From: an uncultured Candidatus Saccharibacteria bacterium
GTDB taxonomy: Bacteria; Patescibacteriota; Dojkabacteria; J137
DNA length: 64,000 nucleotides
Direction: 5' to 3'
NCBI GenBank assembly: GCA_965230975.1
Contig: OZ246402.1
Span: 711,228-775,227 of the forward strand
Of this stretch, positions 1 through 8,908 are shown in pieces. The notes beneath the pieces were generated by a model. That model worked only from the letters and a program-made list of their open reading frames with translations. It ran no database searches and was not told the origin of the DNA. A program made the translations under genes and the position numbers. Numbering within the stretch: position 1 is the first letter of the stretch; each line of letters opens with the position of its first letter.

Positions 1-317
1 AGGCTGCTATAGATGAAACAAGAAGACGAAGAAAAATTCAAGATGATTTTAATAAAGAGCACGGCATTGTGCCTACATCTATTGTAAAAGAGATTAAAGA
101 TCAGTTAGATAAATTTAAAAATAATGAGGATGAAAAACTAGATGAGAAGGAGCAAGATTTAATAAAACAGGCTGAAAGTTACAAAGCAATGCCAAAATCT
201 GACCAAAAAAGATTTATTAAAGAGGTTAAATTTCAAATGCAACTATTTGCAGACATGCTAGAATTTGAAAAAGCTGCAGAGCTTAGAGATGTTTTAAACG
301 ATATTGAAGGCAAGTAG
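1..317 (+). CDS. uvrB: Excinuclease ABC subunit B, C-terminal part (truncated by window start)
   Basis: Frame open from position 3: AIDETRRRRKIQDDFNKEHGIVPTSI...LEFEKAAELRD, the UvrB C-terminus with UVR motif. Confidence 0.93.
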   Translation, partial: AAIDETRRRRKIQDDFNKEHGIVPTSIVKEIKDQLDKFKNNEDEKLDEKEQDLIKQAESYKAMPKSDQKRFIKEVKFQMQLFADMLEFEKAAELRDVLNDIEGK

Positions 318-323
318 CCTGGT

Positions 324-839
324 TTAAAAGCTAAATAACACTATTGCTGTTGCTTGGCTTACATTCAAACTTGCTCCTTTACCGTACATTGGTATAAAAA
401 CACTTTCATCACATTTTTCTAAAGTTTTTTTATTAACTCCAAAAACTTCACTACCGGCTACAAAACAAATTTTATTTACACCATCTAGCATTTCTGGTAA
501 TTCAAACAAGTGTTTTGCAGTATCTGTTAATTCAATTGCAATAATTTTAAAACCTTTATTTTTAAGTTCTGTTAAAAGCTCCGATGTAGATTCTTTGTAC
601 ATCCATTCAACAGACTCTTCTTTATGACGTGATGTTTTTTGTAAGTCTTTTCCGAATGGGGGTTGGTGAGAAATGCCAGTTAAGTAAATTCTTCTTACAG
701 CAGCAGCATCTGCAGTTCTAAAAAGACTTGCAACGTTTACCGCATATTGTAAGTTCTCTAAAACTAAGTATATTTCTTGGTCTCTTTTTGTTGGTTTTTT
801 TAAAAACTTTTTTACTTCTTTTTTGTTTAATTGTCTCAT
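324..839 (-). CDS. SpoU/TrmH-family RNA methyltransferase
   Basis: LENLQYAVNVASLFRTADA, GSEVFG and IPMYGKGASLNVSQA match SPOUT motifs. Confidence 0.9.
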   Translation of the reverse strand: MRQLNKKEVKKFLKKPTKRDQEIYLVLENLQYAVNVASLFRTADAAAVRRIYLTGISHQPPFGKDLQKTSRHKEESVEWMYKESTSELLTELKNKGFKIIAIELTDTAKHLFELPEMLDGVNKICFVAGSEVFGVNKKTLEKCDESVFIPMYGKGASLNVSQATAIVLFSF

Positions 840-901
840 GTATGAATTATATTAAAAAAAGATGAGTTTGCATAATTTAAATAAAATCGGGATAATTAAG
901 C

Positions 902-1603
902 ATGGATTACAAAATTGATAAAGATAGAGTAAAAGAATATTTTAAAAATAAAACTTGGTATTATAACTCTATAGCAGAGTTTGAAATTTTAGCCGCATCA
1001 AAAGATGGATTATCTGAAAACGAAAAGTCAATTTTAAGCAATAGAAAAATTGAACTTGTAAATTATATTGCAGAACTTTTAGAATCTGAGCAAATAGCTT
1101 TAGCACAAGATGGTGAGGATTACGATATAGATAGAAAACCTATAGATACAATTGTAATTCATCACTCAGGCAGTTCTTGTTCAAGAGCTTCTAACCCAGA
1201 AAGCTATATAAATGCTTTAGAGTTGATTATGCTTTATGCGCCGGTTTTTAAAAGTAAAAAAAGAGATTATGGAATGTGGTCTGGTCACTTTTTCAATAAC
1301 AAGATGACTTTTATTCCATATCATTATTTAATTTACAAAGATGGTTCTTTTTCAAACCCGCTAAAAGACGAGTATATTGGCTGGCACGCAGGTAATTGGG
1401 ACGTAAATACAAGGAGTATTGCAATAACCTTTGTTGATGATCTTGAAAATAGAGAACCAACTGAAATAGCTATGCTTACAGCTAGAGATTTAATTAAAAA
1501 ATATCCAAATGCAAAACTTGTAGGGCATTCAGAAGTTTCACCTACCGTTTGCCCGGGAAATTTATTTAATATTAAAGGTGGGTGGAAAGACAAACTATTA
1601 TGA
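902..1603 (+). CDS. N-acetylmuramoyl-L-alanine amidase (Amidase_2/PGRP-like)
   Basis: IVIHHS, YHYLI, GWHAGNWDVNTRSIAI and GHSEVSPTVCPG Zn-amidase motifs. Confidence 0.85.
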   Translation: MDYKIDKDRVKEYFKNKTWYYNSIAEFEILAASKDGLSENEKSILSNRKIELVNYIAELLESEQIALAQDGEDYDIDRKPIDTIVIHHSGSSCSRASNPESYINALELIMLYAPVFKSKKRDYGMWSGHFFNNKMTFIPYHYLIYKDGSFSNPLKDEYIGWHAGNWDVNTRSIAITFVDDLENREPTEIAMLTARDLIKKYPNAKLVGHSEVSPTVCPGNLFNIKGGWKDKLL

Positions 1604-2241
1604 AAAACGTCATGAGAATTATATTCACTCTTTCTTTAGTTATACTTTTTTTAAGCTTGTGTCTTGGAATAATTTCTATTGGATACTCGGGAATTTGGTT
1701 ACATACATATAATGTTTTTACAGAGAGAACCAAAGTTGCAGATATAGAGCTTTCAGAACTTAAAGAAGATGATGGTGGTCAATATGTTGATGTTGTATAT
1801 AAAGAATATAAACAGCCAACTGGTTTGGAAAGTGTTTTAGGAATATCTTCTATAAAGATATCTGAAAAATCATTTAAAATTTATGGAGATTCTATTTATA
1901 TTGGTGGTCCGATTTTAAAGTTTAAAGATGAATTAACTCTTTTTAACTTTAAAACTATGTACAAGCTTGCAAAGATTTATGGAAGATATTCTGACAATAA
2001 TCAGGAGATTAGTAGAAATGACATAGCTTTAACAAGTTATTCGTATGATTTGAATGATGGCTATGGTGATTGGAAGAATGTTTTTGAAGTTTATAGATCT
2101 GATTCTTTTGTAGGAGAGGTTTATAGGCAATTTATAGATACAACTCAATTAAGTGAGCCGGGTCAGTTTGCAACAAATAGACTTTTAAAATACGAGTTGT
2201 ATATAGCCAATTCCGGGTTTATTTGGGAATATGTTGAATAG
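1600..2241 (+). CDS. Hypothetical protein with N-terminal membrane anchor
   Basis: ATGA overlap with the amidase stop; hydrophobic N-terminus. Confidence 0.7.
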   Translation: MKNVMRIIFTLSLVILFLSLCLGIISIGYSGIWLHTYNVFTERTKVADIELSELKEDDGGQYVDVVYKEYKQPTGLESVLGISSIKISEKSFKIYGDSIYIGGPILKFKDELTLFNFKTMYKLAKIYGRYSDNNQEISRNDIALTSYSYDLNDGYGDWKNVFEVYRSDSFVGEVYRQFIDTTQLSEPGQFATNRLLKYELYIANSGFIWEYVE

Positions 2242-2297
2242 TTACCTAGGTGTTTAAAATAAATTGGATTTAGCATATAATCGCAAAGTATTTAAAC

Positions 2298-2369
2298 GGT
2301 GACATGGCCAAGTGGTAAGGCGAGAGTCTGCAAAACTCTTATTCCCCGGTTCGAATCCGGGTGTCACCT
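2298..2369 (+). tRNA. tRNA-Cys(GCA), CCA not encoded
   Basis: GGTGACA/TGTCACC acceptor stem, AGAGT-CTGCAAA-ACTCT anticodon arm, GGTTCGAATCC T-loop, U discriminator. Confidence 0.97.
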
Positions 2370-2530
2370 TAAAATTCAAAATAATCTCTCTCCCCAATCC
2401 CTCTCTCATAATATGAAAGAGGGCTGGTTCGATTCCCACTGTCACCTTGCTAAAATACGTATTTACCTCTCTCCTCAATTCCTCTCTCACAATGTGAAAG
2501 AGGACTCGAATCCGGGTGTCACCTTAAAAT
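2351..2530 (+). repeat. Tandem 77-78 bp repeat of tRNA-Cys 3' end plus hairpin
   Basis: TCGA..TGTCACCTT starts at 2351, 2429 and 2506; the first two units each contain CCTCTCTCAYAATRTGAAAGAGG. Confidence 0.85.
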
Positions 2531-2533
2531 CAA

Positions 2534-3679
2534 CTAAGACTTCTTATTTAAGCTTCGTTCTACTAAGCTCATTGCTATAAACCCCACAATACCTATGATT
2601 ATAAAGCTATCGTAAAAGCCAAAATATGTAATTAAGATTGCTGATAATATATAAAAGATAGCGGTAGCTATATTTGTTGTAATTTCTCTAATAACAATAA
2701 ACTCTATTTTAATATCTGAATGTTTTGAATTATTCATTAACTCAAAATCTATTACATCTGAAACAGATGATCTAAATACCTCATTTAATTTATATACAGT
2801 ATCTGTTATTAAGGCTGTTATGTAGTTAAAAGTAAAAGCCCTAAAAAACCATGCAAAGGTAGAAGTCCACTTAACTTTATCAAATATCTTTAACTCGTTT
2901 TTTCTATTTACAATTTTTCCAACAGTATATGCTATTAAAATTGATATAAAATTTACTATCGTAAATAAAATACCTACTTGCAAGAAACTATCTTTAAAAA
3001 GTAAAAATATAAATAATGGCCATAAAATATTAAAGTTTTCAGTTATAACTCTGCCGATTTTAAATAGAATAATTTTTTTAGATTCAACTGTTTGTAAACT
3101 TGCATGTAAATTTAATTTTTTATCTAATTTGAAATCATTCATTGCAATTACAGGTATTATTGAACCTATATAAAGTATCAAAGCAATTAACATTGTACCG
3201 TTTAAATTCAAAAACTGAGCAGTCAAACCTCCAAGCAAAGGATGTATTATTGCTAACAATATAAATGCGATTTTTCTTAAGCTAAAAAGTCTAGGTCTGT
3301 TTATATCTGTTGTGTTATGACCCAGAATATAAATCACAGGAATATAATGGAATATGTTTCCTATGGCATTAAATAAAACCCACAAAACTAAAGTACCAAC
3401 AGATAATTGTGAATCAAAGTAAATTAATATAGAAGCTAGTGAGTAAAATAAAGCTCCAATGGTCAATGATTTTTTTATACCTATTTTAAATAAAATTTCT
3501 ACAAAAAACTTAAGTAAACTACCGTGAACAAGATGTATTAACGCTACCGGTATTACAGCAAGCAGTACTGACTCACCAAGTTTTTGGTAAAAGAATAAAA
3601 CCCCAAATATAAAAACTAAAGAGTGTGCGAATTCAAAAAGAAGATCTGAAATGGTTATTAAGAAAAAATTTCTCTGCAT
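2534..3679 (-). CDS. MFS-like membrane transporter
   Basis: 381 aa with about 12 hydrophobic segments. Confidence 0.7.
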   Translation of the reverse strand: MQRNFFLITISDLLFEFAHSLVFIFGVLFFYQKLGESVLLAVIPVALIHLVHGSLLKFFVEILFKIGIKKSLTIGALFYSLASILIYFDSQLSVGTLVLWVLFNAIGNIFHYIPVIYILGHNTTDINRPRLFSLRKIAFILLAIIHPLLGGLTAQFLNLNGTMLIALILYIGSIIPVIAMNDFKLDKKLNLHASLQTVESKKIILFKIGRVITENFNILWPLFIFLLFKDSFLQVGILFTIVNFISILIAYTVGKIVNRKNELKIFDKVKWTSTFAWFFRAFTFNYITALITDTVYKLNEVFRSSVSDVIDFELMNNSKHSDIKIEFIVIREITTNIATAIFYILSAILITYFGFYDSFIIIGIVGFIAMSLVERSLNKKS

Positions 3680-3726
3680 TTAAAAATTATACAGATTATT
3701 TTTGTAGTTGGTAGTGTATTTTAATA

Positions 3727-4806
3727 TTATGCAATTACGCCTCCGCCTAGGCATTCATCTTCGCAATAAAGCACCAGTGATTGCCCAGAAGTTACTGCTC
3801 TTTGAGGTTGTTCAAATATAAACTTTTTGTTTTCTATGTCTAAAGTTCCGCTTTGTGGTTTTTGCCTATATCTAATAGAAGCTGTAAGTTTTACATCTTG
3901 GGTGGTTAGTTTATTTAAAGTATTTGGATTTATAAAATGTATATTTTCTAGCGCAACCTCTTTTTTGTACATTTTTGGGTGGTCTGTACCGTGGCCAACA
4001 AATACAATATTATTTTCAATATCTTTATCTACAACAAAGTAAGGAATTTGTTGGCCGCCAATTCTTAAACCTTCTCTTTGGCCTAAAGTATAAAAGTAAA
4101 CCCCTTTATGTTTCCCAACAACTTTGTTTGAATCAATATCTACAATGTCTCCATCTTTTTCTGGGATACGACTCATTAAGAATTTAAGAACGTTAATTTC
4201 ACCAATAAAACAAATTCCTTGGCTATCTGGTCTTTCTGCATTTGGTAGTTTATATTTTCTTGCAAGTTCTCTTACCATTGGTTTTTCAAATTCTCCAATT
4301 GGGAATAAGCTCTTTGAAAGTTGTTCGTAAGTTAAGTTATACAAAAAGTAAGTTTGGTCTTTATTATTATCAACACCTTTAAGCATTTTAAATTGGGATT
4401 TACCATCAATTTTATCTTCGACTTTTCTTGCATAGTGACCGGTGGCTATTAAATCAGCACCCATCTCCATGGCTTTCTCTAGAAATAACTTAAATTTTAT
4501 CTCTTTATTACACATTACATCAGGGTTTGGGGTTCTGCCTTTTTGGTATTCCGCAAAGAAATATTCAACTACCTTTTCTCTATATTGTTTTTCGAAATTG
4601 AAAGACCGAAATTCAATCCCTAAATGTTTTGCTACAGCTTCTGCAGATTTTTGATCTTCTTCCCAAGGGCACTCAGCTTGAATTCCATAATCATCGCCAG
4701 ACCAGTTCTTCATAAAGATTCCAACAACTTCATAGCCTTGATCCTTCAGCAATGCAGCTGAAACAGCAGAATCTACACCTCCGGATAATCCAACAAAGAC
4801 TTTCAT
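3727..4806 (-). CDS. mnmA: tRNA-specific 2-thiouridylase
   Basis: GLSGGVDS, TPNPDVMCN, ATGHY, DSQGICF, YTLGQR; start placed at MKVFVG. Confidence 0.97.
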   Translation of the reverse strand: MKVFVGLSGGVDSAVSAALLKDQGYEVVGIFMKNWSGDDYGIQAECPWEEDQKSAEAVAKHLGIEFRSFNFEKQYREKVVEYFFAEYQKGRTPNPDVMCNKEIKFKLFLEKAMEMGADLIATGHYARKVEDKIDGKSQFKMLKGVDNNKDQTYFLYNLTYEQLSKSLFPIGEFEKPMVRELARKYKLPNAERPDSQGICFIGEINVLKFLMSRIPEKDGDIVDIDSNKVVGKHKGVYFYTLGQREGLRIGGQQIPYFVVDKDIENNIVFVGHGTDHPKMYKKEVALENIHFINPNTLNKLTTQDVKLTASIRYRQKPQSGTLDIENKKFIFEQPQRAVTSGQSLVLYCEDECLGGGVIA

Positions 4807-4947
4807 ATGTTTGTTTTCTATAGGGTGACATTTTAACATTAAACTTAATCTTACGACATAGTTATGAATGTATCCTATAGAGAAAAAGTTAGTGCAATCA
4901 TAAATTCGTTTTGTATAATACACGGCATTAACTTTTAAATAATAATA

Positions 4948-5400
4948 ATGCCAAAGAAAGCTACTGGATCAAGAAGTGCATATTATCTTAGGGGTGATAC
5001 TATTATAGATGAAAGCTTTACAGAAGATCAATTAGCTGAATTTAGAGAGCCGGGCTATACTTACCGAGCTGAGGATTTTGAAACATCAAATACTAATGTT
5101 CAAAGATTTTTTGCTATTGCGGGCAATGGTAGATATCATGAATTAACTCCTTCTAACGCTTCTGAGCTTATATCAATTCTGTCGGCTGGTTACCGATTCA
5201 TCTTACCTGTCCCATTAGATAAGTTAAAAGATTATTTAATAGAAGTAGCAATGACAAAAGGGGAATTAGCTTTAAGATTTATTGAGCATAGAAAAAGGGA
5301 AATAGCATTTAAAAGCCCAAGGTTAGGAGCTACTCCCGATTGTGAATTCAAGTATTTGTTTATAACGGAATCAGATAGTAAAAATTCTAAGGAACAATAA
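4948..5400 (+). CDS. Hypothetical protein
   Basis: 150 aa ORF with TATAAT upstream and a terminator downstream. Confidence 0.65.
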   Translation: MPKKATGSRSAYYLRGDTIIDESFTEDQLAEFREPGYTYRAEDFETSNTNVQRFFAIAGNGRYHELTPSNASELISILSAGYRFILPVPLDKLKDYLIEVAMTKGELALRFIEHRKREIAFKSPRLGATPDCEFKYLFITESDSKNSKEQ

Positions 5401-5427
5401 AAAAAATCCCCCAGTTTGGGGGATTTT
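5401..5427. terminator. Bidirectional intrinsic terminator
   Basis: AAAAAATCCCCCA-GTT-TGGGGGATTTT between convergent genes. Confidence 0.85.
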
Positions 5428-5446
5428 CAATTTAAATTAACTTTGA

Positions 5447-5884
5447 TTAAAACGGTAAGTCGTTTGGATCAATTGAATCTGTTGAATCTTCTGGAGTTGG
5501 CTCTGAGCTAGGTGCTGAAGAACCTCTAGAACCACCCATGTCATCATTTGCTCCTTCGTATCTTGCAATTAAGATTGTTTTATCAGAAACAACCTCTGTT
5601 TTGTATTGCTTTTTACCATCTTTATCATCCCAACTTCTGGTTTGAATTCTACCTTGAACTAAAATTCTAGTACCTTTTTTAATTCTTTGTGCAAGTTGTT
5701 CCGCACTGTTCCAAATAACAATATTGTGAAAAGATGGTTCATCTACCCATTCCTCACCCTTTTTGTATCTTCTATTAGTTGCCATGCTGAAAGATAAAAC
5801 ACCAGCACCAGAAGGTGTGTATCTTAAGTCAGGGTCTTTAGTTACATTGCCCATTAACGTTACCTCATTTAAATCACCAAACAT
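5447..5884 (-). CDS. ssb: Single-stranded DNA-binding protein
   Basis: LNEVTLMGNVTKDPDLRYT OB fold; acidic tail ending DLPF. Confidence 0.97.
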   Translation of the reverse strand: MFGDLNEVTLMGNVTKDPDLRYTPSGAGVLSFSMATNRRYKKGEEWVDEPSFHNIVIWNSAEQLAQRIKKGTRILVQGRIQTRSWDDKDGKKQYKTEVVSDKTILIARYEGANDDMGGSRGSSAPSSEPTPEDSTDSIDPNDLPF

Positions 5885-5972
5885 AAATTATAAATAATAG
5901 ATATTTTTGTTATTTTATTAACATTATTATAATAACCTTAGTATAATAATTTATACAAGTTATAAAAAACAG

Positions 5973-6425
5973 ATGGACATACAAGATGCTATTAAAAACA
6001 TACTTAATAATGCCCACCTTTTAACTTTAGCTACAGTTGATTCTAAAGGGCCTTGGTGTAGCGTACTCGCGTTTATTGCAGATGATGATTTCAATATTTA
6101 TTGGATGTCTATTCCGGATTCTAGGCATCAATTAGCCTTAAAAGAAGATAATAGAGCCTCAATAAATATAACAACTGCTCAAAAACCAGGAGATGAAAAT
6201 AAATTAATTCAAGTTTTTGGAACTGTAGAAGAATACACTGGAAATGCTTTAGAATTAAATGATAAATACAAACAAAAGAAGAATGACCTGCTATACGCTC
6301 CAAGGCACGCTGTTCAAGGTTTTATGGAAAAGTGGTATAAATTTACACCTGAATACATAGATGTAACATTTGAACCAGAATGGGCATTTGAGAAAAGAAG
6401 ATATGTTGTAAATCAAAAAGCTTAA
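5973..6425 (+). CDS. Pyridoxamine 5'-phosphate oxidase-like (split barrel) protein
   Basis: LTLATVDSKGPW, IYWMSIPDSRH. Confidence 0.8.
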   Translation: MDIQDAIKNILNNAHLLTLATVDSKGPWCSVLAFIADDDFNIYWMSIPDSRHQLALKEDNRASINITTAQKPGDENKLIQVFGTVEEYTGNALELNDKYKQKKNDLLYAPRHAVQGFMEKWYKFTPEYIDVTFEPEWAFEKRRYVVNQKA

Positions 6426-6435
6426 CTCCTTAAAT

Positions 6436-6873
6436 ATGGATTTAAAACCTTACGTTTTAGAGATTTTAGACAACACATATCTAATGTCTTTAGGAACAGT
6501 TTTAGATAACAAACCTTGGGTTAGTGATGTGGTTTATGTTTTCGATGATAAATTTAATATTTATTGGCTATCAAAAACCGAGACTAGACACTCTAAAAAT
6601 ATATCCTCAAATCCTAATGTATCTGCAAGCATCACCTTAAGTACCAATCAAGGGGAAGATAATAAAGGTTTGCAAATAGAAGGTAAAGCTTACAAAGTAA
6701 ATGGCTTACTACCCGAAATGGCTATTAAGCATCTTTCTAAAAGAAAGAAAGTAGGTGTTGACTTAAAAGACATTCTAAAAATTAGGGATGAAAGATGGTA
6801 TAAACTAATTCCAGAAAGTATAGAAGTTATATATGAACCGTTATTTGGATTTGAGAGGCGAAAATTTAAATAG
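6436..6873 (+). CDS. Pyridoxamine 5'-phosphate oxidase-like protein, tandem paralog
   Basis: MSLGTVLDNKPW, IYWLSKTETRH, GLQIEG. Confidence 0.82.
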   Translation: MDLKPYVLEILDNTYLMSLGTVLDNKPWVSDVVYVFDDKFNIYWLSKTETRHSKNISSNPNVSASITLSTNQGEDNKGLQIEGKAYKVNGLLPEMAIKHLSKRKKVGVDLKDILKIRDERWYKLIPESIEVIYEPLFGFERRKFK

Positions 6874-7744
6874 TTATTAATATCAAACTTCTTTCTCTCC
6901 CAAATTTTCGCCAATCAGAAAGACCTAGTTCTAAAGATTTACTTTTTAGTAATTCAATATTTCTTGTAGTCCTTACAGAGTCTATTAAATCTTTAAACTC
7001 TGCAGAGTTAACTAAATCTTCAAAACCATCTGAATAAAAAAGTACATAATCTCCTTTTTCTAATTCAATAGTACCGTAAGAAATAAAATTCAAAGCAGAT
7101 TCTTCTCCTGTTAATGCACCAAAGCTTACAAGTTTCTGATCAATTACTTGTTTTAAATTGTTTCTGAATTCTTTTCTTACATGCTTTCTCCATTCTGGTT
7201 TGTTCCAGTCAAAACCTTGTGGTGTATGTCCTGAGTAGTGAAAGTATTGCTCGAAAACTTCGTGGTTATTTGGAGAGTCTAGCTTAATTTTAAAATCTTT
7301 ATCAAAAACTTTGACTTTACAATCGTCAATGCTACCCCAATATAAGATATTGCTCTTAATAACACCTCCACAGGCAACACAAGCCCAATAATCGTTATCT
7401 AAATAATCTGGATTTGGGTTGTGTGTTTTATTTAACTTTTCTATTTCTAAATTAGATTGCTTAAAAGCTTCTTTAACTGAGTCTTCAGGTTTACCTGCCT
7501 GGTTGTTTAAGACTTCTATAAAAGTTTCAACAAATTTATCTGCTGCAACTTTTGCAGGGCTAGGATTGGGATAAGTTTTAGCTAAATCTTGCATTGTAAA
7601 TTTAGAGAAATCTAAATTTCCAATTGGGTCTCGAGTTATCCCATCTGCTATTGCAAATGAATTATCTGTATGTTTCAAAGCATCTTCTTGTGGATGTTGC
7701 TTAGAATATTTTGAATCATCAAGCGAAATGCTAAATATATTCAT
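6866..7744 (-). CDS. PP2C/PPM-family protein phosphatase
   Basis: QEDA, AIADGI, SIDDC and YSDGF metal-binding motifs. Confidence 0.8.
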   Translation of the reverse strand: MNIFSISLDDSKYSKQHPQEDALKHTDNSFAIADGITRDPIGNLDFSKFTMQDLAKTYPNPSPAKVAADKFVETFIEVLNNQAGKPEDSVKEAFKQSNLEIEKLNKTHNPNPDYLDNDYWACVACGGVIKSNILYWGSIDDCKVKVFDKDFKIKLDSPNNHEVFEQYFHYSGHTPQGFDWNKPEWRKHVRKEFRNNLKQVIDQKLVSFGALTGEESALNFISYGTIELEKGDYVLFYSDGFEDLVNSAEFKDLIDSVRTTRNIELLKSKSLELGLSDWRKFGRERSLILITI

Positions 7745-7853
7745 TTTTTAAATTTAATTGGTTTTATTATAAACTACTACGGAAATTGTGGAAATCTATT
7801 TCATTAAATTGATATTATAGATATAATTACCCTGTTATTTACACTTCCTGATT

Positions 7854-8894
7854 ATGAATTCAGTACAAGAAAAAATTGAAAGTTTAAAAGCTTCTGCTAT
7901 GCAGGAGTTAACACAAGTTTCTGACACAAGAGCATTAGAAGAATTTGAAATTAAATACTTAGGTAGAAAAGCAGAACTTAACGATGTATTAAAATCGATT
8001 AAAGATATCCCTGTAGAAGAAAGAGCCTTGACTGGACAAAGTGCAAACCAATTTAGAAATGAATTAAGCTTAAAAATAGAAAACTTAAGAGCAGAATTAG
8101 AATCAAAAATCGATTTATCTGATTTAGATGTTACAGCACCAGGAGTTATTCACGAACAAGGTCATTTGCACTTAACAACCCAGGCCATTAAAGATATTAC
8201 AAAAATCTTTCAAAGAATTGGATTTTACAGAGTAAGATATCCTGAAATTGAATGGGATTGGTATGCTTTCACAGCCTTAAACTTTCCAGATGATCACCCT
8301 GCAAGGGATGATTGGGAAACATTGTTTATTGATTCAGAAAAAGAAGCTGACCCAAAACTAGGTAGAAGATTGTATACACCGCACACTTCTTCCGGTCAAA
8401 TTAGAGAGATGGAGGTTAGAAAACCACCAATTAGAATGATTAATATTTCTAAAACTGGTAGACGACAGCTTGATGTTTCTCATACTATTATTTTCCATCA
8501 GTTTGAAGGTTTGTGCATAGATGAAGGAATAAATATTTCAAATTTAAAAGGTACTATAGATTACTTTGCAAAAGAGTTTTTTGGTCCAGACAGAGTAAGC
8601 AGAATTAGACCTTATAACTTTAGATTTACAGAACCAAGTTTTGAAGTTGATGTTTCCTGTGGTAACTGTAATGGGAAAGGTTGTAGATTATGTAAAGAGG
8701 GTTGGTTAGAAATTGGAGGAGCTGGAATGGTTCATCCTAATGTTTTAAGAAATGGTGGTTTAGATCCAGAAAAATATTCTGGATTTGCATTTGGATTTGG
8801 AGTAGAAAGAAATGCGATTATGAGAGCAGGAGTTAGAATTGCAGACTTAAGATTACTTTATCAAAATGATGTTAGATTTTTAGAACAATTCTAA
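7854..8894 (+). CDS. pheS: Phenylalanine--tRNA ligase alpha subunit
   Basis: HPARD, PHTSSGQ, FHQFEG, FTEPS, GFAFGFGVER. Confidence 0.98.
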   Translation: MNSVQEKIESLKASAMQELTQVSDTRALEEFEIKYLGRKAELNDVLKSIKDIPVEERALTGQSANQFRNELSLKIENLRAELESKIDLSDLDVTAPGVIHEQGHLHLTTQAIKDITKIFQRIGFYRVRYPEIEWDWYAFTALNFPDDHPARDDWETLFIDSEKEADPKLGRRLYTPHTSSGQIREMEVRKPPIRMINISKTGRRQLDVSHTIIFHQFEGLCIDEGINISNLKGTIDYFAKEFFGPDRVSRIRPYNFRFTEPSFEVDVSCGNCNGKGCRLCKEGWLEIGGAGMVHPNVLRNGGLDPEKYSGFAFGFGVERNAIMRAGVRIADLRLLYQNDVRFLEQF

Positions 8895-8908
8895 ATTAAT
8901 AAAATTCT

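Noticed and set aside
2351-2530. Possible CRISPR array
   Set aside because: The repeat is a tRNA 3' end, the 'spacers' resemble each other, and no cas genes are present
2254-2580. ORFs 2254-2490 and 2299-2580
   Set aside because: They overlap tRNA-Cys and its repeats; spurious
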